A stretch of DNA of 64,000 bases from contig KV454013.1 in the NCBI GenBank assembly GCA_001661245.1, positions 501,981-565,980 of the forward strand. Reading direction: 5' to 3'. Positions 36,114-47,290 of this stretch are shown piece after piece (the stretch's first letter is position 1; each line of letters begins with the position of its first letter). A program made the position numbers and the translations under genes. This stretch comes from Pachysolen tannophilus NRRL Y-2460. Its lineage: Eukaryota. Below the pieces are notes generated by a model. That model searched no databases. It was not told the DNA's origin and saw only the letters and a list, made by a program, of their open reading frames with translations.

Positions 36114-38783
36114 ATGACAGAGATAAGACAGATTAGCACATCAGATGTCCATAGGATAACTTCTGGGCAGGTGATAATTGATTTACAAAGTGCTGTTAAG
36201 GAATTAGTGGAAAATTCATTAGACGCCAATTCTACTAGGATAGAAATAACTTTTAAGAATTATGGTATTGATTCTTTTGAAGTTACAGATAATGGTAATG
36301 GGATTTCATCACGCGATTTTTCAAATATTTGTCTTAAGCATTATACTTCTAAGTTGATAAAGTTTGAGGATGTATCTGGAGTAGAAACTTTTGGGTTTAG
36401 AGGAGAAGCAATGAGTTCACTTTGCTCCATATCTAAATTGAAAATTAAAACAGCTACTAATGAAGATTACCCCAAAGCAAATTTACTAGAATTTGATCAT
36501 TTTGGGAATTTAATTAATCAATCAATAGTTAGTGGTTCGAAAGGTACGAGTGTTGTTGTGGAAGAACTATTTAAAAATTTGCCTGTAAGGCAGAAGAATT
36601 TTATTAAAAATTCTAAAAAAGAGTTTCAAAAAGTTATTCATCTATTACAAAGTTATTGTATAATATGTGTTGGTGTTAGAATGATGATCAGTAACGTTAA
36701 TAGCAAAGGTAAGAAACAATTAATACTTGCCACTAAGGAAAACAATTCGATGAAGCAAAATATTATTGATGTGTTTGGTAATTCTATGTTAAACGGTTTG
36801 GAACAATTAAACTTACCACTAAATATTGAACCCTCTCAAACTTTAAACTTGAAAAATCATCATAATAGAAATTCTTTTGAAGTTGTGGTATCTGGTTATA
36901 TATCGAGCTGTTCTTTTGGACAGGGCAGAACGTCACAAGATAGACAATTGGTATTTATCAATAATAGACCAGTAATCCTCCCTCAACTTAACAAGTTAAT
37001 CAATGAAGTTTACAAGACATTTAATCATTTGGAATACCCAGTTTTCTTTATAAATCTTATTATTGCTCCTGATTTAATTGATATCAATGTGACTCCAGAT
37101 AAGAGAACGATATTAATAAGTCATGAAAACAGTATCACTTTTGTTTTCAGAGAAGAATTGGTTAGTTTTTTCCAATCACAAAATAATATAATTCCTAAAT
37201 CCACAACTACTTTAGATGGTTCAAAAAAACTGAAAAACTTTTCTAGACAAAATTCTCTAAATAACTTTATAAAGAGTGATAGTACGGAAAAGGATGACAA
37301 GGAAGAAAAGGAAGTTGAAAATAATTATCATCAAGAGAATCAAGAAGAACAAGAAAGTATAGAACAAGATTTTGAGCAGGAGCAAACTAATGAATCAATC
37401 GACCATGAGCAGCAAATCCTACAAGAGCAAGAACAAGATGATGATATTTTGAACAACGAACGAAAGGATTATGAAGAGAGTAAAATTCAAGAAGAAAGTG
37501 GTGTCAAAGATGCACCTCGCAAACTTAGAGAAAACAGAATTCAAGAAGTATTTCAGCGACCTCTGAAAAGATGCAGGACAATAAGCTTATCTGACTTTAT
37601 AAATAATACCGATAATAACACACCTACCCATGATGAAAATGAAGATGATGATGATGAATTATCAAATTCGCAACCAATGACTATCTCTATGGGAGATAAC
37701 ATAATTCAAGAACATGTTATCAAAAGATCAAAAAATAAATACGATTTTATTGAAGCATCTTCCCCAAGTGAAGAAGAAATTGACTTTAATAATAATAGTG
37801 AATCTGAAACAAACGATAAGACACAGATTACTTCTCCAGTAGAAGAAGTTTTAGACAAAAATATGGAGATCGATGAGAAAGATAAAAATGATTCAATAAG
37901 TACTCAAGAAGCATTGACATCTTCCCAATTATCACGAAGAGGGAATAGTAGTAGTAATAGAAGTTATCAAACTCAAAACTTTGATGCTGTCGTAAAGGTT
38001 AATATTGAAGAAATCTTATCATCTGCTAAAAAGCTACAAAATGAAGATTTAGTGAAAAACAGAAGTAATAATAATAATAAAGGTTTACAGAATAATCCAA
38101 TTGAAAAAAATTTTGATGAAGATGAAGAATCTTCTGAAGCAACGCTAACATTAACAGTATCGAAATCTGATTTCAAGGAAATGAAAATTGTTGGACAGTT
38201 TAATTTAGGATTTATTATAGTCACTAGGGAGAAATGCCCTGGTGTAGTTGATTTGTTCATCATTGATCAACATGCCTCAGATGAAAAATATAACTTTGAA
38301 CGTCTACAGCGAGAAACTGTTTTCCAAAGTCAAAGGCTTGTGATTCCAGAAACTTTAGAGCTAAATACTTTAGATGAATTAATGGTGATGGACAATTTAG
38401 ATATTTTCAAACTAAACGGCTACAAGATAAAAATAAATGATGATAAACCGAACGGGTCCAAAGTGACTTTAATTTCAATCCCACTTTCTAAAGAAACTAT
38501 CTTTGATTTGCAAGATTTCCAAGAATTGATTCATCTCATAAGAGAAAACCCAAGTAATAAGGCAGTAAGACCATCAAAGATAAGATCTATGTTTGCAATG
38601 AGAGCATGTCGCTCAAGTATTATGATTGGTAAAAACTTAAGTTTTACCACAATGGAAAGAGTGGTTAAAAATCTTTCGGAGATAGATAAACCTTGGAATT
38701 GTCCACACGGCAGGCCAACTATGAGACACCTAATGGAGTTAAAGGATTGGGACAATGGGTTCATATCTGATTATCTCCTATGA
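36114..38783 (+). CDS. PMS1: MutL-alpha mismatch repair endonuclease
   Basis: KELVENSLDA, TFGFRGEA, DQHASDEKYNFE, ACR, CPHGRP. Confidence 0.96.
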   Translation: MTEIRQISTSDVHRITSGQVIIDLQSAVKELVENSLDANSTRIEITFKNYGIDSFEVTDNGNGISSRDFSNICLKHYTSKLIKFEDVSGVETFGFRGEAMSSLCSISKLKIKTATNEDYPKANLLEFDHFGNLINQSIVSGSKGTSVVVEELFKNLPVRQKNFIKNSKKEFQKVIHLLQSYCIICVGVRMMISNVNSKGKKQLILATKENNSMKQNIIDVFGNSMLNGLEQLNLPLNIEPSQTLNLKNHHNRNSFEVVVSGYISSCSFGQGRTSQDRQLVFINNRPVILPQLNKLINEVYKTFNHLEYPVFFINLIIAPDLIDINVTPDKRTILISHENSITFVFREELVSFFQSQNNIIPKSTTTLDGSKKLKNFSRQNSLNNFIKSDSTEKDDKEEKEVENNYHQENQEEQESIEQDFEQEQTNESIDHEQQILQEQEQDDDILNNERKDYEESKIQEESGVKDAPRKLRENRIQEVFQRPLKRCRTISLSDFINNTDNNTPTHDENEDDDDELSNSQPMTISMGDNIIQEHVIKRSKNKYDFIEASSPSEEEIDFNNNSESETNDKTQITSPVEEVLDKNMEIDEKDKNDSISTQEALTSSQLSRRGNSSSNRSYQTQNFDAVVKVNIEEILSSAKKLQNEDLVKNRSNNNNKGLQNNPIEKNFDEDEESSEATLTLTVSKSDFKEMKIVGQFNLGFIIVTREKCPGVVDLFIIDQHASDEKYNFERLQRETVFQSQRLVIPETLELNTLDELMVMDNLDIFKLNGYKIKINDDKPNGSKVTLISIPLSKETIFDLQDFQELIHLIRENPSNKAVRPSKIRSMFAMRACRSSIMIGKNLSFTTMERVVKNLSEIDKPWNCPHGRPTMRHLMELKDWDNGFISDYLL

Positions 38784-38977
38784 GTAACCTAGCTAACTAT
38801 GTAATATTTTTTAACTAGTTCAATTTTAATCTTCGACCGATAATTTCGAATTTTTATTTTTCTCACTAAAAAATCATATTTTAAGACATATATATATACA
38901 TATATATATAGATTTAAACAAAAATCTGATTCTTATACAACTTTGATGTTGCTTGTATCTATAAATGTAGAAGGGTT

Positions 38978-40225
38978 ATGTCGCTTCCGGTTATAAAGAT
39001 TTTAGTAGTTGGTGGGTCTTATGGTGGCAATACTTTTCTTAAGTTTTTTTTAAAGTTGGTAGAGAAATATGAAGGGAACTCTCCAAGATTTGATATTACT
39101 TTAGTTGAACCAAGAAGAGGTTTCATTAACATATTAGCTATTCCGAAAGCTGTTTTAGATCCTGAATTTGCGAAGACCACTTATGCTACAATTGAAAATA
39201 TGGGCTTGCCGTTTGATTTCTTGGATTCTACATCAACCACTTCGGACTCATCACTAAGGTTAAGGTATATTCAAGGTTGGTGTCATGAATTGCATGAAAA
39301 TTATGCAATTGTTAAACCAGTTGATAACAGTGCAGAATTATCGAAATACGAGTTTGATTATTGTATTTATGCTGCTGGTAGATCAAGACCATGGCCATTT
39401 GATCCAAAAGGTTTTGACAAGAAATATTATTTGGAAGAAATGGAAAAATCAACTGAAAAAATCAAAGCTGCAAACATTATTAGTGTAATAGGTGCAGGTG
39501 CTGTTGGAATTGAAGTTGCTGCTGAACTCAAGACAGATTTCCCTGAAAAGAAAGTGTTATTAATACATCCACATGATAATTTACCACCAGAAAACAGATT
39601 ATCTCAAATTTTCAAGCAAAAAAATTTAGAATTTTTAAAAGATGTTAAGGTTGAAGTTAAATTAAATACAAGAGTATTAAAGGAAGTTGAAAATGGGTTT
39701 TTAACTACAAATGGTGATTTTGTTGAATCCGATTTGATCTTGTGGTGTTCAAGCAAACAAAATAATTTAAAACCATTGTTGAATAATGAGAAATCACCTT
39801 TTAAAGATTGCATTGATTATAAAGTAGATGATATTGCAATCAATAGGAATATGCAAATTATTCGTTACGATGAATCAAGTTATGATTTTTCCAACGCAAC
39901 AGTGCCGGCAAAATTTGAAAAAATTTTTGCTATTGGAGATGTTAGTAAAATACCAGCTGTAAAAGCAGCTGGAGGTGCTTATAGACAAGCAATTGTAGCT
40001 GCTGAAAATGTTATGGCTATTGTTAGAAATGAATTATACAATGAACAAAATGAATTAAAAATGATTGATTTATGGGGTGCTCATATGACACTATTAGTGG
40101 GTCCAAGACATTCTGTTACACAAAATGATGATGAACTTTTACTTGATAATGCAGATACATTGAAACTTTACGAAGATTACTGTAATGACTTTGTCAGTAA
40201 GACTCAAGGAATTAAGTTTGATTAA
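38978..40225 (+). CDS. AIF/AMID-like FAD-dependent pyridine nucleotide oxidoreductase
   Basis: VVGGSYGG, VIGAGAVGIEVAAELK, IFAIGD motifs. Confidence 0.85.
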   Translation: MSLPVIKILVVGGSYGGNTFLKFFLKLVEKYEGNSPRFDITLVEPRRGFINILAIPKAVLDPEFAKTTYATIENMGLPFDFLDSTSTTSDSSLRLRYIQGWCHELHENYAIVKPVDNSAELSKYEFDYCIYAAGRSRPWPFDPKGFDKKYYLEEMEKSTEKIKAANIISVIGAGAVGIEVAAELKTDFPEKKVLLIHPHDNLPPENRLSQIFKQKNLEFLKDVKVEVKLNTRVLKEVENGFLTTNGDFVESDLILWCSSKQNNLKPLLNNEKSPFKDCIDYKVDDIAINRNMQIIRYDESSYDFSNATVPAKFEKIFAIGDVSKIPAVKAAGGAYRQAIVAAENVMAIVRNELYNEQNELKMIDLWGAHMTLLVGPRHSVTQNDDELLLDNADTLKLYEDYCNDFVSKTQGIKFD

Positions 40226-40523
40226 ATTTGATTAAATTTGATTTCATTTATTTACTAAAGAACATTTTTAAAGTAAAAAAAAAAAGGAAAAGTAATAATA
40301 AAATCTTTTCATCCATATACAAAATCTTAATTGTCTCTCAATTATCATTTATCACCATGTTTTCCAACTTTTAACTTGTGATTTATATCACTTCAAAACA
40401 ACATTAGACCAGCTAAACATTGTTAAAATATTATATAATATTCATTGCTATAAAAGAAGAACTTTTCACTTTTTTTTTTTTTTTTTTTTTTTTTTTTCTA
40501 TTTTTTATTTATTATTATTATTA

Positions 40524-40910
40524 TTATAAATCTTTGAAATTCACAGTAGGCTCATTGTTATATTCAATTGATCTCGCTATTTTACGGAATTTATTAGTTA
40601 TCGAATAAAAATCTGATTCATCATCCTCTCCACTGACTTTAACTGGATGTCTTCTTGTCTTTTGAAGTAATGGATCATGCTGCGAAGCTTTTAATCTATA
40701 CTGAACAAATGAAGTATATTTAACTGGGGGATCAACTTCAGGTTTTCTTGCAAATGAACTTGAATCAATTGCTTGAGCTTCAGCCTTTGGCTCATATTCA
40801 AAATATAAAACAGGTAAAGCTGAAAATTTCCTAACAGCAACCCATGACATTGGTGCAACCGCACTAGACAAAAACGATAAAGTAGCTCTAGAAGTTATAG
40901 TAGAAAGCAT
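40524..40910 (-). CDS. Small hypothetical protein, probably mitochondrial
   Basis: 128 aa from ATG 40910; presequence-like MLSTITSRATLSF...VRKFS; SFVQYRLKASQHDPL segment. Confidence 0.65.
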   Translation of the reverse strand: MLSTITSRATLSFLSSAVAPMSWVAVRKFSALPVLYFEYEPKAEAQAIDSSSFARKPEVDPPVKYTSFVQYRLKASQHDPLLQKTRRHPVKVSGEDDESDFYSITNKFRKIARSIEYNNEPTVNFKDL

Positions 40911-42097
40911 CTTTTCTAATCTTATTATAAATTGGGATATCAATATTAAAACTGTTCATAAAAAAATTTAAAATTTACAAAAATGTTTAGGAAATTAATT
41001 ACACCTATATATATATATAAATCTTTTTTAGCTGATTAAATACAATAATTTATAACACAACTTTTACAATGTTGCAAGAATTTTTCACAAATTGATGACT
41101 AAAAAATTATGTTTATCATCCGATAAATTCTTTTTGTATATATCCCCGATAAGCCCAATGTAAGCTTCTTTTTTTTTTTACGTGAAGAAAAAGAATAAAA
41201 ACTGGAAAGTGTGGTGTGCTACATGTAGAAGCTAATAAAATAATTGAATTGGTATTTTTTATGACAGATCCTCCTCATACATCCAAACAGATTTTAACAA
41301 ATTCTACCAAATTCAAATTATATAGCAAATTTTATCGGTATTAAACCTTTATGTCCTCATTACGGAAGAAAAAAAATTGTGGCTGTGATTGATCCGTTGC
41401 AATCTTATTGTTTAGCTTATCTATTATAATATGAAGATATTAAGATAATCCGTAACTTCCATCATGTTCTTTTTTTTTCTACCCGTTTTTTCCCTTACTT
41501 CCACCTTCTTACATTAAAATTTTTTAATAGGCAATTGACAGAGATGAACTTTGTGCTGCTGGTTTTAAAAAGATATCTCGATTAGTTACTTTTTGAAGGG
41601 GTGAGGTAAAAGGTAAGTTACGGGAAAAAAACCAGTAAAAAAAAAAAAAAATTTTTTTTCTTTTAAAACTGTTTTAGCCGATCATTATTATCATATGAAA
41701 TTACAATTGAAATTAGTGTCTTGAAGAGTTGAAAGGTCACAATACGATTTATTGTTTCAACTTTCTATTATAATATCTATCTGACATGTTACTTTGGAAA
41801 TAAACAATTTTAAAAATTTTCATTACTCTTAAAAAAAAAAAAAAAATATACACTCGTAAAATAAAGTTCTATTGTAAATGAAATATCACTGAAAACACTG
41901 AAAACACTGAAGACTTGAAAAATGCATACATCTATAATAAAACCCGACCTGAAATACTTGTAAAGTAATAATAATAATAAAAAAATAAAAAAATAAAACC
42001 CAAATTGTTGAAAAATAAAGTACAATGAAAAATAATAATAAAAAAAATGAAAAATATTAAAAAAATTCAAGAAAAAAAAAAGAAACCTTTCTCTTTT

Positions 42098-43216
42098 TTA
42101 TGCTTCAGTTGAAGAATTTGTAGAAAGCCTTCTCCATTTTAATTTCTTTGCGGCTTTTTTCCAGTTTGAATCATTATTACCATTTGCGTTTCCAATGAGA
42201 CTATTGGAATTTTTAAAAGATCCAGCAAAGATACTTCCAAGTGAAGATCTACTTGCTGAATTAATAGAAGTAACTGAAGAATTTCTAATCATGTTGGTAC
42301 TTTGAATTGGAGGAGTTTCCAAGACATCTTCAACTACACTGCTTTGTCTTTGACTATTAGTTGTTGCAATGTTACTATTTTCGCGATGGAAATTTGAGTT
42401 TATTGAAGGCACATCACTTTGTTCTTCGTTATCACTCATCAAAAATGGGAATTCGTTATCGTCATGATTTGTTGAAGATCCTGCAGTGGAATCTTCTGGT
42501 GATAAAGGTGAAATACACCTACCGTTTGGGCGTCCATTGAAAGAATGTGAATTTGATTGTGGTTGCGGCAGTTGCAGTTGCAGTTGTATTTGTAACTGTG
42601 ATTGTGATTTTGATTGTGATTGAGGTTGTGATTGTTGAGTAGAAGGAGATGCTAAATAGTAATATTCACTAATTGATTTATCTGAAGATTGTTTCTGCAA
42701 AGATTCATTATGTTCTCTTATCTTGGAAGATGTAAATTCAACATATCCATCATGTAATAAATTCACTATAACTTTTGTAGCTTCTTCTAATGCTTCATTT
42801 GTGGGTATTAAACTGGATACTAATTCATTTTTCACCGAAGATGGGAGATTAACTTCTTTTGGAGAATCTGCTTCTATAAAATTACTAGATAAAAATTTCC
42901 AACTATATTCTTTTTCAATAGGATGTGATAACTGTTGAAATCTTTCAATTTCTAAATAAAATTCCAAATTTTCAAGGCAATGACGATTTAATAAAAATTT
43001 TGCAAAATTATTTCTAGAATAAGGTGATGAAGAAGATCCCGCAAGAACAAGTTCTAACGGAGGTATTTCATCTTCTACCAAGAGCCCTCCATCCTGATAA
43101 GCCACATTTTCGTTACTCTTATTATTTAAAGTGGTTGAAGTATCCAAGGATGATGATAAAGTTGTAACTTTTGGTAGGCCAGCGTTAACATAGGACGTTG
43201 AATCCAAAAAATCCAT
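42098..43216 (-). CDS. RGS2: RGS-domain regulator of G-protein signalling (Rgs2-like)
   Basis: FAKFLLNRHCLENLEFYLEI...FIEADSPKEVNLPS RGS domain; low-complexity C-terminus. Confidence 0.75.
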   Translation of the reverse strand: MDFLDSTSYVNAGLPKVTTLSSSLDTSTTLNNKSNENVAYQDGGLLVEDEIPPLELVLAGSSSSPYSRNNFAKFLLNRHCLENLEFYLEIERFQQLSHPIEKEYSWKFLSSNFIEADSPKEVNLPSSVKNELVSSLIPTNEALEEATKVIVNLLHDGYVEFTSSKIREHNESLQKQSSDKSISEYYYLASPSTQQSQPQSQSKSQSQLQIQLQLQLPQPQSNSHSFNGRPNGRCISPLSPEDSTAGSSTNHDDNEFPFLMSDNEEQSDVPSINSNFHRENSNIATTNSQRQSSVVEDVLETPPIQSTNMIRNSSVTSINSASRSSLGSIFAGSFKNSNSLIGNANGNNDSNWKKAAKKLKWRRLSTNSSTEA

Positions 43217-44149
43217 CACTGAATTAAACGGGTAGAAAAAAAAAGAAGAAAAAAAGTTTTTTAAAAAAAAAAAAAAATTCTTTTCAAGTTCAAAATAATA
43301 CAAATTAATGATATCTTTTTTTCTTCTTAACTGGAAATAGGTTTTTATATATACAGCTTACATATATTTTATCGGAATTTGCACGTTTTAGAAAGATATA
43401 TATATAATATGTATCAGACATTAAAAAAAAAAAAAGAAGATAGAGAAACAGACAGGACAGCAGGACCAAAGTATATCTACCAGATTATGCTGTAGGAACT
43501 GTGGGAAAATGCACAAAGTTTATAAAGTTTATAAAATTTGCGGGAATTCCTTGACTGTTAGTGACATAAAACCGTTTTTTTTCTTTTATTTCCTGGTTTT
43601 TAGTTCCAAATTAAAATTCAAACTGTTGAACCTTAAAGTTTAATTTTATTTTTTTCTTACATTTTTTTTGTATTTTATTTTTTTTTTGACTTCGGCATAT
43701 GCTTAGCACCGTTTAAGGACAGAAATTTTTTGCAGAATCTTTGCGAGAAAAGGTGGAACAGGCGGGACATATTTCCCGAAGGGCAGGAAGAGACAAAAGT
43801 ATTTTGTATACTACTTGTTTTCTATTTCACTAGATCTTACATTTATACTTTAAACTATTCAGTGCTTGCTGTGCTTTCTGTGCTTTCTGTACTCACTCAG
43901 ATTTGTGTAACCAATCTACTACACAAGTACAAAAAAATAAGAAGATTAGAAAGTTTATATATTTATATAATGTAAGCTTCTCAGTCTTATTCTCAGTCTT
44001 ATTTAATCTACAAATCATATCATTTCTGTTTTTTTGTTTTTTTGTTTTTTTTTTCTTTTTAATTTATTAATTTGCATTGTCAATACTTTGAGCGAGTAAC
44101 TTCGTTGCCGCGAATCTGAAACTAAGAAACAAAAAAAAAAAAAAAAAGG

Positions 44150-44463
44150 NNNNNNNNNNNNNNNNNNNNNNNNNNNNNNNNNNNNNNNNNNNNNNNNNNN
44201 NNNNNNNNNNNNNNNNNNNNNNNNNNNNNNNNNNNNNNNNNNNNNNNNNNNNNNNNNNNNNNNNNNNNNNNNNNNNNNNNNNNNNNNNNNNNNNNNNNNN
44301 NNNNNNNNNNNNNNNNNNNNNNNNNNNNNNNNNNNNNNNNNNNNNNNNNNNNNNNNNNNNNNNNNNNNNNNNNNNNNNNNNNNNNNNNNNNNNNNNNNNN
44401 NNNNNNNNNNNNNNNNNNNNNNNNNNNNNNNNNNNNNNNNNNNNNNNNNNNNNNNNNNNNNNN
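44150..44463. other. Assembly gap (314 N)
   Basis: Run of n. Confidence 1.
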
Positions 44464-46555
44464 AAAAAAAAAAAAAAAAAGGTTTTGTTTTGTTTTGTTT
44501 TGTTTTTTGCCTTTTCATTTCGCGCCTAGTATTGAAAGAAAAAGAAAAAAAAAAGTGTGTATTTAACTGCCCTTGTTGGCTGTAATCCGGAGAAGTCTTG
44601 CCTCTCTCCTGATGCAAGTTGGGGAAGAATTAATAATGACTGAGGGGACGGAGATGGATTCTTACTATTAAAGTTGAACAAAAAAACAAAAGATTTAATC
44701 CAAGCCTTGTACCATGAAGATTAATTCCTACGAATTGGCTATCTGTTTTTGTTTTAAAAGTCTGTATGTTGTGTGAACCTTTTACTTTTTAGTCAGTGGT
44801 GTATTGGATCTTCATCTTTTCCCCCCCTTTGAGCCCAGCAAAAAAACAAAAAACAAAAAAAAAACTGAAGTCACCATTACGTATATCTCATTAACAAAGC
44901 ACTATTAAAGCACTGTTTCTTCTAAGAAAAGGATTATCTAAGCTTGTGGTTTTTTTCTCGAAGAGTACAAGAATCCCGGTAACTTCTAGGTTATTTAGCG
45001 CTAAAACAGCTTCTGCAAGTTTTTAACCTCCAAGAACTAAACTTTAGACTTTTTGTACCTCCCATCGCCGCAAATCGTCCAGATCAGTGTTTAAGGCGTC
45101 TCTGTCTGTTTTGTCTCTTTTGTCTATATCTCTACATAGCAATTTTTAAAGAATTTATTTATCCATTCGAATATGAGTAATTAATCAATCGTATAAATTT
45201 CCTCCTTTCTTCCCCAGATACCTATAATTCATAAATTCAGATAATATTTATTTATTAATGAACTCTGCCCCTCGGATACTTATTGTTTCGGTAAAAAAAG
45301 AAAAAAAAAATTTTTTTTCCACTAAATTTTTTAATTGGTGACACCGGTACTAAAATTGTACAATCTTCCGTTGTGGGACAGGACAAGCAGTAGTAGGCGC
45401 GAGCATGCTGTGAGCGTGCTGTAAGCATGAAGCATTAGGTACTAGTCAAACCTGCTGCACCATCCCAACAATAATATATATATTATATTTGGTCGAAACT
45501 AGACCTTGTTTGGTGGGGAAAATATCTAAAAGGGTAGTTCCAACCTGTCTGACTCTAGAGTAAAGATAAACCGATAATAATGTAATTTAATTTTGACGTT
45601 ATACAACAACTACTACTACTACTACAACTACTAATAATGCTACTACTAATACTTGAGATCTCACCAAGACATGATTGTTTTCGATTATTACACATGCCAT
45701 ATTATTACCAAGAAATTTAAACCTACTTAATGAGTCACATGCCTTATATAATTTTTAATGATTAGATAGCAAAATGTGAAACAAATTACTTTTTTTTTAT
45801 TCAATACAAAGAGATCGGTAAAAGTTTATAATGCATTGGCAAGTCTAAAATTAAAAAAAAATGACATGGAAGATGCTTCAGATACTTTCCGCTAGTTTTT
45901 TCTTTTTTTATTTTGCATTTTTGCATTTCTGCATTTTTGCATTTTTGTATTTTTTAATTCAAAAACAGGCAACCATCAAGATTAATTCAAACTTGCATAT
46001 AAAATCCGATTTTAAAGATAATAAGAAATTAACCCAAATTCAAATTTAACTCCACGGATTTTTCATGCTCAACTTTATCTTATTTTCTATATTTTCTGTA
46101 CCTTATTTGATTGATTTTTTATAATTTTTACAATATTTCAAAGTTTCTTCTTTTTTTGTTATTTGACAACTCTATAAACTACGAAAAAGAAAAAGAATAA
46201 AAGAAAACTGTTTCTTTTCTTTTTGATCAGAAATTTTCTTAGATTTGCGATATTGTAAAAACGGAGAATCCCGATTTGTTTTTTTTTTCTTTTTTTTTTT
46301 TTTTGATTTTTGCTCTTTCACAGAAAGTTCTTCGTTACCTTAAAGACAATAAAACCCTATCATCAAGATAATAGAAAAGAAACATTTGCTAGACTTTTTT
46401 TTCTTTTTCTTTTTCTTTTTAATTGAAGTTAGTTACAGCTTGAACTTAACACTAAAATTGTTTTTGACTCTAAAAAAATGAATTTTTCTTTTTAATAAAT
46501 TATACAAGCATTAAATATTACAACTATAAAGCAATCATAAAAGATCATGTTCAGG

Positions 46556-47134
46556 TCAATTGTTGTTACTTTCCCTTGCTCTTTGTTTCAATCTTTCTAA
46601 TTCATCGTTATCCCTTTGTGCACCTTTCTCAACAACTAAATTTCTTAACAATCTATTTTCCATTTCCAACTGTTGAATTCTCATTTGTAATTTATGGCTA
46701 GATTCATTCAAATCCTTAATCTTTCTTTCCATTTCTTGCTCTTTAAGTTTTTTCTTTATTCTGAATCTAGCAGAAGCAGCTGTATTTCTACGTCTTTTAT
46801 CTATGTCCACAGCGGCCCCGTTGGAGTTATTTGCACCTGAGAGTGATGACGAAGAAGATGGAGTGTCCTCTGGTGGGATTTGAATTGTACTATCTGATTT
46901 TATGGTTTCAGGACTAACTGCAACTGAATTTGTTCGGAAATTATTAGTTGAAGAAGTTTGATTTCTCAAAGGATCTGGTGATAGCATGGAATTCAGAGGT
47001 GAGGTTGATATAAATGATTGGGAGAGTGAAGAGCGTGCTTCTTGATTAGGTGCTAAAGCAGATATCACTTGTGATGGCTTAATGGTTTGATCATGTGGTT
47101 GTTGTTGTTGTTGATGCTGTTTTTGTTGTTCTTG
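46556..47134 (-). CDS. MET4: C-terminal bZIP half of a Met4/MetR-type sulfur regulator; no natural start (first in-frame ATG at 46987)
   Basis: DKRRRNTAASARFRIKKKLKEQEMERK...LEMENRLLRNLVVEK; Q-rich coding-like sequence begins abruptly at ~47134. Confidence 0.8.
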   Translation of the reverse strand, partial: QEQQKQHQQQQQPHDQTIKPSQVISALAPNQEARSSLSQSFISTSPLNSMLSPDPLRNQTSSTNNFRTNSVAVSPETIKSDSTIQIPPEDTPSSSSSLSGANNSNGAAVDIDKRRRNTAASARFRIKKKLKEQEMERKIKDLNESSHKLQMRIQQLEMENRLLRNLVVEKGAQRDNDELERLKQRARESNNN

Positions 47135-47290
47135 ATATAGAATAAAAACAAAAAAAGTTAAAATATTACAGTGATAAAATTTTCAGTTTGATTTGCAATC
47201 ATAAATGACACTTTGATAAGAGGAAAAGAATAAGTGAAAAAAAAAAAAGAACAAAAACAAAAAATCTGAATCGAGAGCTGGAAAAGAAAG

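Noticed and set aside
44015..44617. 200 aa ORF containing X residues
   Set aside because: Artefact of reading through the N gap and homopolymers
47131..47165. Apparent branch point, pyrimidine tract and AG before the bZIP half, suggesting cis- or trans-splicing to the N-half
   Set aside because: TTTTAAC is a poor branch point, the T-rich tract is just the reverse of the A-rich leader of the N-half, and no good donor is present at the end of the N-half; inversion is simpler
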